Shown here: positions 29,103-38,906 of the stretch, in pieces | Numbering within the stretch: position 1 is the first letter of the stretch | Layout of the letters: every line of letters starts with the position of its first letter | Assembly: GCA_043813075.1 (NCBI GenBank) | Contig: JBDRLL010000036.1 | Span: 56,303 to 120,302 of the forward strand | DNA: 64,000 bases | Origin: Candidatus Altiarchaeota archaeon | GTDB taxonomy: Archaea > Altiarchaeota > Altiarchaeia > IMC4 > SCGC-AAA252-I15 | Reading direction: 5' to 3' | The notes under the pieces: model-generated | The model's input: only the letters and a program-made list of their open reading frames with translations | Databases searched by the model: none | What the model was told of the DNA's origin: nothing | Translations under genes and position numbers: made by a program

Positions 29103-29402
29103 ATGAGTTATAAGTCCAGAATATCGGCTGCGGGAGTTTTGTTGATAGCTTTAGCCACCAACGTGTCCGCCGGATTATTCGATAAGGTGATAACTTTTGT
29201 AAACTCACTCCAATACTCCGTGCTGGTCATGGGCAACTCGATATGCGAGGTGATGTTCGTGTACGGAGGCCTGAAGTACATATTCAGCGCAGACGACCCC
29301 AGCGGGAGGAAGACTGGCCTCAACATATGCATCGCAGCCACCATAGGGGCGCTGCTGATAGTGATTTCAAAGGAAGTCGTAAGCGTGATAGTCGTGACAT
29401 GA
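29103..29402 (+). CDS. VirB2/TrbC-like pilin 3
   Basis: Signal peptide ending VSA; YGGLKYIFSADDPSGRK; ATIG. Confidence 0.8.
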   Translation: MSYKSRISAAGVLLIALATNVSAGLFDKVITFVNSLQYSVLVMGNSICEVMFVYGGLKYIFSADDPSGRKTGLNICIAATIGALLIVISKEVVSVIVVT

Positions 29403-29408
29403 GGGAAG

Positions 29409-29729
29409 ATGAATACGGATAACGTGAAGAAGGGGATTATCGTATTGCTGTTGTGCACGCAGATTGTCTCAGCCGCTACAACAGATCCTGCAGCCATAAT
29501 AAAAGGCCTGATATGCAGCATATGGACGGACTTCACAAAGCTCATAGGGCCTCTCGCAACCCTCATGTTCGTGTACGGCGGCGCTAAATACGCTTACAGT
29601 GCAGACGACCCGGGAGGGAGGAAACAGGCGAAGGCCATCTGCATAAACGCGATAATAGGTTTGCTTATAGCCGCATCGGCGAGGGCCATAGTAGCCGCGG
29701 CCGGGGCATCAGGAAGCATCTGCCCTTAG
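29409..29729 (+). CDS. VirB2/TrbC-like pilin 4
   Basis: Signal peptide ending VSA; YGGAKYAYSADDPGGRK; AIIG. Confidence 0.8.
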   Translation: MNTDNVKKGIIVLLLCTQIVSAATTDPAAIIKGLICSIWTDFTKLIGPLATLMFVYGGAKYAYSADDPGGRKQAKAICINAIIGLLIAASARAIVAAAGASGSICP

Positions 29730-29735
29730 AGCAGT

Positions 29736-32630
29736 TCAAGCGTCAGCGAGAGGCAGGAATACGGGGGATTCGCCAGCATCAGTTGATTCTAACACCGCAG
29801 GCTCGTCATTAAAGCCGTCGTAGCTTATCTCATAAACCCTCACATATCCCGCGGAAAACTCCTTGATAGGGCGGAAATGCCTTAAAGGCTTTATGTCCCG
29901 CGTGTACAATCCGTGAGCCTTGTACTCCCTCACATAGTGGGTCAGGTAGAGGTTCGTGAGCATGAAGTCGTTGAACTCGTCCGGAACATACACTAGTGTG
30001 TTGAATGTCGGATAGAACCTGCAGTAATACCTAGTCCTCTCGTCCACGTTGGGCGAGGCATATGAGGAGGCGCACATGAGTATGTCCCCCAGAGGCTGCA
30101 CGCCGAGTATGGAAGCCTTGCTTGATTCCGCCCAATTGCTCCATGGTATGACGTCGCCGTAGGGCGTTATGACTTCCACTGAATCCAGTTCCCCATCCCG
30201 TATGTTGAATATGAGGGCTGCGATATAATTGCTGCAGCCGAAGAGAAGCCTCTGCTGCTGGTAGACGCCGCCCTTCCCGTCACCGACTATCTGCGGACGG
30301 AGTATGCTGTTCTCAGGCAGGAACCTGCACTGCCCATAGTTCCGCCAAGCCCACATCGGGTCGGCGGCAGTGTTGGACTCGATGTCCCCGTTGGCTATGA
30401 AGTGAAGCGCACTGCCCTTGCCGATCATCGTCCAGTCTATGGCAACGTACTTAAGTTCACGTCCAGTCTCACGGTACGCGTCATTATACTCTTCAACCAT
30501 CTTGAACGCCTCCTGCTCGCCGCTCTTGTTCACGAAGAACCTCGCCACATCCTGGATCTCGAAGTAGTCGGCCTGAAGGTTGTCTATCAAGACAGGCCTC
30601 TGAGACACTGCGGTAATCCAGTGGCCGTAGTCCCACCACGTCAGTATGGCCTCGCTCTCGGAGGTCTCGTTGTACGCCCAGTCAAGCATCGGCTGCCAGT
30701 AGTATATGTCGAGGGTGAAGCCCATGTGCATGACTATGTGGCCCACAAAACTGTTGTAGTTCCAATCCCCGAAGAATGGCACGTAAAGCACGGGCACGAC
30801 AAGCAGCATTAGGGTGCCTATTATCCTCCAGTCGTCCAGCTCCTTCTTGTTCACTGCCGCATACAGGCCGATGCTCGCGCCCAGCACGGTGACCGACGGG
30901 CTTGCCGCGAATATCCATGCGGACTTGTTCCATGACCCCCACATCATGGGTATGCTCCACGTCAATAGGAACAACGCGCCGATGCTCCGCCTGCCCAAAG
31001 CCAGGTATGCTAGTGGCACAAGCATGAAAAGGCCGTATAATAAGGCTATCCCGTACTTCCCGTAGCCGCTGTTAAGGAAGTCCACGAAACCGCCGGCCAT
31101 CGGATTCTGCTCTGAAACCGTCTGGTGGACGACACTCTTCAGCTTGGCGCCCATGATGGTAGTGTATATGTTGCCCACAACCTCGATAGGCCCTCCCTCA
31201 TGGTACGCCAACAGTACGCCGCCGATTATCACGATGACTGACAGGACCAGTATCCTGTCCTGTATCAGCGAATCCACCCTATCCTCGATACTCTTGGAGG
31301 GCATCTCCTTCTTGCCGTGCATGCGGACACGAACAGCCTCAAGGATTATGGGCAGCCCTATCGCACCGGCTATGGGTATCAAAGCTATGGGAGGCATCTT
31401 CAACATCCCCAGCATCTCCAAGACAGGGAACGTGAGCTGCTCGTGAGTGAAGAGTATCGACAGCTGGCTTATGGCCACCGCTATGAACAAGTAGGGCACA
31501 ACCTTGGTGCAGTTCTCCCTGTGCATGAAGAGTATCAGCGCATAGATTATCCCAAACGCTCCGACAGTGAGGTATGCGTAAGTGTAGGCCCACGTTAGCT
31601 TGAGCATCATGAAGGACAGTCCGGCGAGCACCGCGTACTTGAAGCTCCTCCGGTGGACGGACGCGAAGAACAGGTAGAAGCTGGACAGCATGAGGAACAT
31701 GCCGAACACGTCGTCCTCGCAGTTGGCGGCAGTCCCGTTTATCGCGAAGCCTGGACTCAGCATGAATATGAAGGCTGCAGTCAAAGCGGCAAGCCTGTTG
31801 TGGGGACGCATATCGGAGAACATCTCCTTCACCAGCAGATACATGGGTATGACAGCGAGGCCGCCCAACACGCCAGGCAATAGCATGGCGATGTCGTAGA
31901 GCGAGAAGCCGAAGGGCTTCATGACGAGGGCCATGACGCCGTACAACGTCGGGTTGAGCATTGGCGTTGAATGCTGTGGCAGACCGTGGGTGACCCCGCC
32001 CTTCGAGGCGATGTACGCCGGGTCGTCACGCTTCTGGAGGCCGCCTATCATCGGATACACTAGGTCGTCGTATTCGGTTATGTGGCCGGAGTAGACGCCG
32101 CGCATCCACTTGTACTGCCAGTAGGAGTCCAGGTTGCCGAGAAGCTCTGATGTTGCAGGCACCACGTGCAGCACTGTGGCGGAGAGGAACAACGCGAGCA
32201 CCGCCGCAAGCTCCCAGTCCATGATACGGCGTATAGTCAGGGTTGTGAAGAACAGTATTATCGCGGTGATGAACGAGAAGAACAGGTAGTCCTTGTTGGC
32301 TGGATAATCATACCATCCGACATACCATGAGAACAGCGCTGATATGAAAACGAGCAGGGGGATGACGTAGGCCCAAGACGGCCTGCTTGAATCCCTTATC
32401 GTGAAGAATAATGACGCGACGAAAAGTGCGGAAAGCATCCAGGGCGCAGTCTCGAAGAATGTTCCCGTTATCCTGACGGCCGTCAAGACCAGCACCAGCA
32501 GGGACACCAGGAACACCGGCTCACGGAACTTTGACGTTATCCTCTCATAGGAGTCTACGGACAGCGTTATGGACTTTTCTTTGGTTGAACTGCTTTTTCT
32601 AGCAGACTTCTTCTTAGAAACCATCTTCAC
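29736..32630 (-). CDS. aglB: Oligosaccharyltransferase AglB (STT3 family)
   Basis: WWDYG, TVSE (TIXE-like), DWTMIGK (DK-type) motifs; many TMs. Confidence 0.93.
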   Translation of the reverse strand: MKMVSKKKSARKSSSTKEKSITLSVDSYERITSKFREPVFLVSLLVLVLTAVRITGTFFETAPWMLSALFVASLFFTIRDSSRPSWAYVIPLLVFISALFSWYVGWYDYPANKDYLFFSFITAIILFFTTLTIRRIMDWELAAVLALFLSATVLHVVPATSELLGNLDSYWQYKWMRGVYSGHITEYDDLVYPMIGGLQKRDDPAYIASKGGVTHGLPQHSTPMLNPTLYGVMALVMKPFGFSLYDIAMLLPGVLGGLAVIPMYLLVKEMFSDMRPHNRLAALTAAFIFMLSPGFAINGTAANCEDDVFGMFLMLSSFYLFFASVHRRSFKYAVLAGLSFMMLKLTWAYTYAYLTVGAFGIIYALILFMHRENCTKVVPYLFIAVAISQLSILFTHEQLTFPVLEMLGMLKMPPIALIPIAGAIGLPIILEAVRVRMHGKKEMPSKSIEDRVDSLIQDRILVLSVIVIIGGVLLAYHEGGPIEVVGNIYTTIMGAKLKSVVHQTVSEQNPMAGGFVDFLNSGYGKYGIALLYGLFMLVPLAYLALGRRSIGALFLLTWSIPMMWGSWNKSAWIFAASPSVTVLGASIGLYAAVNKKELDDWRIIGTLMLLVVPVLYVPFFGDWNYNSFVGHIVMHMGFTLDIYYWQPMLDWAYNETSESEAILTWWDYGHWITAVSQRPVLIDNLQADYFEIQDVARFFVNKSGEQEAFKMVEEYNDAYRETGRELKYVAIDWTMIGKGSALHFIANGDIESNTAADPMWAWRNYGQCRFLPENSILRPQIVGDGKGGVYQQQRLLFGCSNYIAALIFNIRDGELDSVEVITPYGDVIPWSNWAESSKASILGVQPLGDILMCASSYASPNVDERTRYYCRFYPTFNTLVYVPDEFNDFMLTNLYLTHYVREYKAHGLYTRDIKPLRHFRPIKEFSAGYVRVYEISYDGFNDEPAVLESTDAGESPVFLPLADA

Positions 32631-33316
32631 TTGCCGTACCTACGCTCCTTAGTCCTGAAGTCAGAAACTATATCGTTTAAATCCTCCTCCGTGAACTCCT
32701 GCCATAGTTTCTCGACGAAGTATATCTCGCTGTAGGCAGACTGCCATAGGAGGAAGTTGCTTATGCGGTCCTCAGCAGTCCTTATGAGAATGTCGGGATA
32801 ATCCTTCACCCAGAGGTTATCCTTTATGCTGTCCTCAGTCAGCTCCATGCCAGACTCAACCACTTTTTTCGCGGCCTCCAGTATCTCCTGCCTTCCGCCG
32901 TATGCTATGGCAAGGTTGAGCTTAAGACGGTCATAGCCTTTAGTGGATTCCTCCAGCCGCTGAAGGTTTTCGAACACCTCCTTGGCGAGTTCAGGCCTCA
33001 CGCCATTGTTGAGGAGCTGCTGCTTGTCGCCGCATATGTTTATCCTCACCTTGTTGTCGTGTATCCTGGGCTCCTTCATGCCGTCGAGCGCGTGGCTGTT
33101 GAAGACGCTGAACAGGGTCTCTATCTCGTCCTCACCCCGGTTGCTGATGTTCTCCAGCGAGAGGGCGTAGAGGGTCAGCTCGTCGACCTCGAGCTTGGAG
33201 CACCATTCAACAAAATCGTAGAACTTGCGTATACCCTGGTCGTAAGAGTCAAGAAGGTTAATGTTCTTCTTGGCCATATACCTCCTGTTACCATCAGGTA
33301 TGAGCGCTATATGCAT
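32627..33316 (-). CDS. uppS: cis-prenyltransferase (polyprenyl diphosphate synthase)
   Basis: HIALIPDGNRR, S.EN, YGGR.E, RISNFLLWQ.AYSE, C-terminal RRYG. Confidence 0.94.
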   Translation of the reverse strand: MHIALIPDGNRRYMAKKNINLLDSYDQGIRKFYDFVEWCSKLEVDELTLYALSLENISNRGEDEIETLFSVFNSHALDGMKEPRIHDNKVRINICGDKQQLLNNGVRPELAKEVFENLQRLEESTKGYDRLKLNLAIAYGGRQEILEAAKKVVESGMELTEDSIKDNLWVKDYPDILIRTAEDRISNFLLWQSAYSEIYFVEKLWQEFTEEDLNDIVSDFRTKERRYGK

Positions 33317-33379
33317 CGTAGATGATATCCTTGTATTAACGTGTAATTAATTGATTTGGTCTTTAAATTATTAACTAAC

Positions 33380-33853
33380 ATGAATCCGGGCATAATGTTG
33401 GATGCGTCAGCCATCATACGGTCGAACCTGGACTTCTCCGAGGGAGGGTACTACATAACCCATGGGGTGATGTCTGAGATAAACGACCCAAGGGCTAGAG
33501 ACGCAATTGACTATGGAATTAGAAGTTCTAACATAAAAATGCTTGAAACCGGCGGAAAACACCTTGAAAAGGCCCGTAAAGCAGCTAGAAAAACAGGCGA
33601 CGACAGGGTTTTGAGCGAAACGGACTTGGAAGTCATCGCCGCCGCGCTGGAGCACGGGCTAAACGTGGCTTCAGACGACTACGCCATACAGAACACGTGC
33701 AGGACCCTGGGGATAGGATACGTTACCACACTACACGACGGGATAAGAGAGCATGTGAGGTGGCGATACGTGTGCGGGGGGTGCGGGAAGAGCATGGAGG
33801 GCCCCGGCGTTTGCAGCGTATGCGGCTCGGAAGCCAGGAGGAGGAGGGCCTAG
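33380..33853 (+). CDS. nob1: Nob1-family rRNA maturation endonuclease (PIN plus Zn ribbon)
   Basis: LDASA, LSETD, SDDYAIQN, CGGC...CSVCG. Confidence 0.9.
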   Translation: MNPGIMLDASAIIRSNLDFSEGGYYITHGVMSEINDPRARDAIDYGIRSSNIKMLETGGKHLEKARKAARKTGDDRVLSETDLEVIAAALEHGLNVASDDYAIQNTCRTLGIGYVTTLHDGIREHVRWRYVCGGCGKSMEGPGVCSVCGSEARRRRA

Positions 33854-33883
33854 TTTTTTAGCGTTCCCGATTATTCTTTACTT

Positions 33884-35728
33884 GTGAAAAAGCCATCCGT
33901 CTCCGACGAGAGGATAGTGACATCAATCTTCATTTTCACCGCGCTAGTGTTCTACGCGACTTCTGCGGGGATGAACGACAGCAACTCTGGAAGCCATTAC
34001 GCGCTCACCAAGGCCATCGCGGAGGACCAGTCCTACATAATAGACGAGTACGTCGGATACACTGGGACGATAGACGCGGCGAAGGTGGGTGAGACATGGT
34101 ACTCTGACCGCCCGCCAGGCAACGCGTTCATTGCATCATTATTCTACCTGTCCGGGAAGGTGTCGTCAGCGATAGTCAGTATGCCGCGCTTCGACATGAG
34201 CTGGGACGCCGGCAACCCGGGCGCGTTCACCGTGATACTCCTGCCGGTGATCTCCGCGTCAGCGTCAGTCGCACTGCTCTACCTCATTGTCCGACGGCTC
34301 GGCGGCAGCGTCCATGCGGGAGCCATAACCGCGCTGACGCTCGCATTCTGCACGATAACATGGGAGTACGCCCAACTGCTCCACTCGCACGCGCTATCCC
34401 AAGCCCTCATGATGGCGGCAGCATATCTCGCGCTGACCATACGGGACTCGAGGAAGGATGAGGGAAAGTTCATGGCACTATGCCTTATCACAGGATACGC
34501 GGCGATCGTGGAATACCCCAACATACTCTTGACCATCCCGCTCGCATGGTACCTCAAGACGACAGGCAAGATAAAGACAGGGAAGAAGAGGCTGTCAGAC
34601 CCCATCCTCCAGAAGGCTGCGGTAATATTCGCCGCGCCACTGATAATACTCGCAGCATACAATACGGCAAACTTCGGAAGCCCGGTGAAGACAGGCTACT
34701 CATACAACTACCACTTCGGCTGGGCGAGGAGCATGACAGACACCTTCAGCAACCCCATGTGGGAGGGCCTGATGGGACTGCTGGTGGACTCTGACAGGAT
34801 ACAGGGAGGCCTGCTGAAGACCGCGCCCATAGTCCTGCTGGCGCTCGCATGCTGGCCCCAATTCCACTCCAAGAAACGCGGGGAGGCTGTCCTGCTGGGC
34901 TCCATGTTCCTGATTCACCTGCTCTTCTACGCCAAGCACCAGACGTACTGGGGCGGGGGGGCTGAGAACACGAGATACCTGCTGACCGTCACCCCATTCA
35001 TACTCCTGCCGGCATACATCTGGCTCGACAAGTATTCGCTAGGCTTCATGGAGAACAAGACAAGGATTATCGGGGCGTTAGCCTACGCAATCCTAGCGTA
35101 CTATTCAGCATCCTACGTGGTGTGGGACATAATGCACTACCCAGGCCACGAGCCATTCGAGACGGTGCCATTGATGTCTCCAGGAGACGTCGCGTACAAC
35201 ATCAGGGTGGTGTTCAGGAACATGTGGAACCTCCCGTTCATGCTCGGACTGATGGGCCTCTCTTACTCTGCCGTATCCCTCAGGATTAACAGGCCCCTTG
35301 GATTCCGGAGGATGGAGCGCGGACACAGGGACAAACTGGTTGCCTTGGCAGTGGCGTCGCTGCTGCTTCTAGCCTTCAGGCCGGACCTTTCCGGAGGGAA
35401 ATCGTTCATACGCTGGGAGGCTAGGATGGGGGGAGGAGAATGGAGCAGGGTGGATATGCCAGTGGAAGTCCAGGGTCCGGGAGTCATGGAAGTCAGGGCT
35501 TCAGTGCAAATCCCGAAGGGCGGGAGCCTGTCGGGCACAATCACCGCCGTGGAGTGCGTTGAGAACGTGAACGTGAACAACATCGTGAAGCTGGCTGCGG
35601 AATGCGGCGGCTGCGAACACTGCAACGGATTCAATTACGACCTGACGAAGGTGGTGACGCCAGGGCTGAACAGCATCCTCTTCAGGGTGAAGAGCAACAG
35701 GAGTGTCGTATCATTCAGGCTCGAGTGA
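33884..35728 (+). CDS. GT-C-like polytopic membrane protein with C-terminal beta-sandwich domain
   Basis: S.YALT.AI.E, YSDRPPG, YN..NFGSP..TGY, WGG....RYL; many TMs. Confidence 0.65.
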   Translation: MKKPSVSDERIVTSIFIFTALVFYATSAGMNDSNSGSHYALTKAIAEDQSYIIDEYVGYTGTIDAAKVGETWYSDRPPGNAFIASLFYLSGKVSSAIVSMPRFDMSWDAGNPGAFTVILLPVISASASVALLYLIVRRLGGSVHAGAITALTLAFCTITWEYAQLLHSHALSQALMMAAAYLALTIRDSRKDEGKFMALCLITGYAAIVEYPNILLTIPLAWYLKTTGKIKTGKKRLSDPILQKAAVIFAAPLIILAAYNTANFGSPVKTGYSYNYHFGWARSMTDTFSNPMWEGLMGLLVDSDRIQGGLLKTAPIVLLALACWPQFHSKKRGEAVLLGSMFLIHLLFYAKHQTYWGGGAENTRYLLTVTPFILLPAYIWLDKYSLGFMENKTRIIGALAYAILAYYSASYVVWDIMHYPGHEPFETVPLMSPGDVAYNIRVVFRNMWNLPFMLGLMGLSYSAVSLRINRPLGFRRMERGHRDKLVALAVASLLLLAFRPDLSGGKSFIRWEARMGGGEWSRVDMPVEVQGPGVMEVRASVQIPKGGSLSGTITAVECVENVNVNNIVKLAAECGGCEHCNGFNYDLTKVVTPGLNSILFRVKSNRSVVSFRLE

Positions 35729-36866
35729 CGTCGGCCTTGCCCTTGAGCATCAGATAGACTGCGGCATACTCTGGAGGGGAAACCCTCTCGCCATCAGCAT
35801 AGGGGCCGAAGACCTTGCCCATCATCTCGAACTCCCCCACATCCGCACGCGCTATCACCGGGACCTCTGATTCCCCGAAGACCACCGCATCGACGAGCGG
35901 GTTGAACGAGTCGACGTCACCCACTACAGCAGCCTTCAGTCCGGTGGACCCGTGGAGGGTGTCGGGTATGCGGATGAGGCGTGTGGTGTCGAACGTCACC
36001 ATCCTGTCGGCATCCTCTATGTCCTTGACTGAGAACTCCTCGACAACCCTCTTCTTCAGGCTGGACTTCACGCCGAACACCGCATCCCACTTCCCGTTCT
36101 CCAGGAACTCCAGATTAGCGTCCCTGTTCTTCACTATCTTGGACGCGGCCTGGGGGCTGAGCCCGTAGTTCTTCCTCAGCACATCCTTGTCAGACTCCAG
36201 GAGAGACTTTGTTGTAGAGTATATCCTGGCCGGCCAGCCCTTCCCGCCCCTGCCCGGACCTATCCAGGAGCCGCCGGATAGCTTGGGCTTGCCCCGCCTG
36301 TAGGTTATGCCTGCAGGAGACTCAGCCTCCCGTATGAAGCAGTCCAGGTCAAGGCCTGTGCCGGTAACGTAATCTATTATCTCCCTGCGCTCGTCGCTCC
36401 CCAGGGTCCTGAGCCCGTCGTTGAACACGTGTATGTGGTAGCCTTTGCTGCCAGAGAAGTTCAGCCTAACCTCATCCTCGCTTATGCCAAAGTCGCCGGT
36501 CAGGAATCCGATCAGGCTGACCGCCTCCCTCTTAACAGCCTCCAGGTCACTGTTGTTGAGCCATTGTATCTCCCGGTCCAGGTCGAAAACCAGGTCCGCG
36601 CCAGTCCAGTTCTTCGCGGTCATCGGCTGGTTCTCAGGATACTCGTAGTAGGCTATCGAATAGCTGATGTAGTAGGGGGCTTCCGTCTTCAGATACTGCC
36701 TGAACTCCTTCTCGGTCTTGAAGCTCTTGTGCCTGAACTTTATCTTGTCCTCCAGGGTGCCGACGCCAACCTCACGCTTGCGGATATCTCTCGGGGCTGG
36801 CACATCGTTCCGCCAGTAGTATTCCTTGAACTTCTTCTTCAGGTATATCTTCGTGTCAGTCTCCAT
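35715..36866 (-). CDS. priS: DNA primase catalytic subunit
   Basis: ADLVFDLD, FSGSKGYH, D..VT.D..RLIR.P.TLH. Confidence 0.94.
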   Translation of the reverse strand: METDTKIYLKKKFKEYYWRNDVPAPRDIRKREVGVGTLEDKIKFRHKSFKTEKEFRQYLKTEAPYYISYSIAYYEYPENQPMTAKNWTGADLVFDLDREIQWLNNSDLEAVKREAVSLIGFLTGDFGISEDEVRLNFSGSKGYHIHVFNDGLRTLGSDERREIIDYVTGTGLDLDCFIREAESPAGITYRRGKPKLSGGSWIGPGRGGKGWPARIYSTTKSLLESDKDVLRKNYGLSPQAASKIVKNRDANLEFLENGKWDAVFGVKSSLKKRVVEEFSVKDIEDADRMVTFDTTRLIRIPDTLHGSTGLKAAVVGDVDSFNPLVDAVVFGESEVPVIARADVGEFEMMGKVFGPYADGERVSPPEYAAVYLMLKGKADVTRA

Positions 36867-36910
36867 CGCAGTGTATTATATATTCATTAGTAAAGTAATA
36901 GCAGTGTAGG

Positions 36911-37591
36911 ATGAAGCCTGACGAAGTCCTCCGAAAGCTTAGGTCTCACGCGAACCCTGTGAACGTGGAGGGCATGGCCCGCTTTGGCATAAACCCGGAA
37001 AACACTCTGGGAGTCCCCATCCCTGCGCTCAGGAGGATGGCGAAAGAGATTGGGAAGGACCATGGCCTCGCCCAGAGCATTTGGACTTCAGGCATCCACG
37101 AGGCGAGGATACTCGCGGGAATGATAGAGGACCCTGGGAAGGTGACTGAACGGCAGATGGAATCCTGGGTGAGTGACTTCGACTCATGGGACGTGTGCGA
37201 CCAATGCTGCATGAACCTGTTCGACAAGACAGTCTACGCGCACGGTAAGGCCGCTGAATGGAGTGCGAGACGGGAGGAGTTCGTCAAGCGCGCCGGTTTC
37301 GCGCTCATGGCGTCGCTCGCAGTCCACGACAAGAAGGCTTCAGACAAGGATTTCGAGAAGTTCCTTCCCATAATCAAGCGCGAGTCTGGTGACGAGAGGA
37401 ACTTCGTCAAGAAGGCGGTTAACTGGGCGCTACGCCAGATAGGGAAGAGGAACGCCTCCCTGAACAGGAAGGCAGTCAAGACTGCGGGGGAGATAGGCGG
37501 GATGGACTCCAAGTCCGCAAGGTGGATCGCGTCCGACGCGCTCCGTGAACTCACTGACGACAAGGTACTGGAGAGGCTGAGAAAGAGATGA
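36911..37591 (+). CDS. AlkD-like DNA alkylation repair protein
   Basis: DSWDVCD, EEFVKRAGF, DERNFVKKAVNWALRQIGKRN. Confidence 0.9.
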   Translation: MKPDEVLRKLRSHANPVNVEGMARFGINPENTLGVPIPALRRMAKEIGKDHGLAQSIWTSGIHEARILAGMIEDPGKVTERQMESWVSDFDSWDVCDQCCMNLFDKTVYAHGKAAEWSARREEFVKRAGFALMASLAVHDKKASDKDFEKFLPIIKRESGDERNFVKKAVNWALRQIGKRNASLNRKAVKTAGEIGGMDSKSARWIASDALRELTDDKVLERLRKR

Positions 37592-38457
37592 AGGAGAAGG
37601 TAAAGCTGATAGTGGTCATACCGGTGGGCCCTGGAGAGAGGATGGAGAACGTCCTGGACACGGTCGAGAGCGTAGCCCACTACATGACTGAAGACAGGAG
37701 GATACTCATCCTGGACGACAGCGGCAGGGGGGCTGGAAAGGGCGTGAAAGCAGGGTTCCCTGATGTGGAGGTGCTGGAGCAGCCGGGCGGACAGGGGGCC
37801 GAGGGTGGTTTATACATGTCCATCTCAAACGCCCTGAAGCACGCTTACGAGAACTATGACTTCAGGGTAGTCCTCAAACTGGATTCCGACGGCCTTGTGA
37901 TAGGCGGCGGCGCTGAAGACGAGGCTGTGGAATACTTCGAGAGGAACAGGGATGTCGGGGTCATAGGATCTTACAGGGTCTCGTGCACTGGCGAAAAGAG
38001 AGACTTCATTGGAGTGAAAAAGGCGTTTGTGAGGGAGATGAGGCTATGGCGGATGCTGATATCGCCAGGCAGGTGCAGTGCATACCGGAAGATAGTCCCC
38101 GAGATCATGGGGAAGGGCTATGAGCTGGGAGAGCACTGTCAGGGCGGCGCATACTTCATGAGCCAGGACTGCGTTAAGAGACTCGTCGAGTCAGGGCTCC
38201 TGGGTAAAAAAGAGTTCAACAGCGACAGGATACCTGAAGACTCCATCATAGCCATGCTAGTATGGAAGGTGGGCTTAAGGCTGGGCGACTTCGCCACCGG
38301 AGACCTTCCCATGGGGATAGCGTGGAGCGGCCTGCCCTGCTCCCCAGAGGAACTATTGTCGAGGGGGAAAAAGATAACACATTCAGTCAGGTCTTGGGGA
38401 AGCATGAGCGAGGGGGAGATCAGGGGATTCTTCAGTGAGAGGCGGAACAGAGTTTAG
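37588..38457 (+). CDS. GT-A fold (GT2-like) glycosyltransferase
   Basis: VVIPVG, ILDDS, KLDSD (DxD), QGGAY, PED. Confidence 0.7.
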   Translation: MKEKVKLIVVIPVGPGERMENVLDTVESVAHYMTEDRRILILDDSGRGAGKGVKAGFPDVEVLEQPGGQGAEGGLYMSISNALKHAYENYDFRVVLKLDSDGLVIGGGAEDEAVEYFERNRDVGVIGSYRVSCTGEKRDFIGVKKAFVREMRLWRMLISPGRCSAYRKIVPEIMGKGYELGEHCQGGAYFMSQDCVKRLVESGLLGKKEFNSDRIPEDSIIAMLVWKVGLRLGDFATGDLPMGIAWSGLPCSPEELLSRGKKITHSVRSWGSMSEGEIRGFFSERRNRV

Positions 38458-38505
38458 TTTAAACGAGCTTAGGGCCTGAACGTATCTATGCTCGCGGAAG
38501 AATCG

Positions 38506-38742
38506 TTATTCCTTCAGGCCTTCCAGTATGCGTAGCGTCTTGAGGACGTCTGCACCGACGCCGCTGCTCATTATCTTCACGTAGGTCTCGTCAACCCCGT
38601 CCTTCTTGGACTGGTCCCTTATCTTACTAAGGTTGTAGGAGACTGCAGCCTGCGTCGTGCCCAGCTCTTCAGCTATTTCCTTTTGCGTGTATCCCAGCCC
38701 TCTCAGTTCCACGAGCTTTGACTTCTGCCAGTCAGACAACAT
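38506..38742 (-). CDS. Small helix-turn-helix DNA-binding protein
   Basis: GYTQKEIAEELGTTQAAVSYNL; ATG at 38742. Confidence 0.8.
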   Translation of the reverse strand: MLSDWQKSKLVELRGLGYTQKEIAEELGTTQAAVSYNLSKIRDQSKKDGVDETYVKIMSSGVGADVLKTLRILEGLKE

Positions 38743-38906
38743 CTTATGCCTCAATACAATATATATTAATTATAGTAATGAATTTGTTTATATAATATAA
38801 AAATGTTTTGTAAAATAAAAATCGGGTGTTTTGAGGGTGTAAAAAGCCTGAAAAACAATGTTAAACACTTAAACTATTAAGAAAAATAGTTGTTGTCAGA
38901 TGCATC

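Noticed and set aside
28439-29729. Type IV pilins/archaellins, or a CRISPR-like DNA repeat
   Set aside because: No class III signal peptide; the repeats are protein-level paralogy with synonymous divergence
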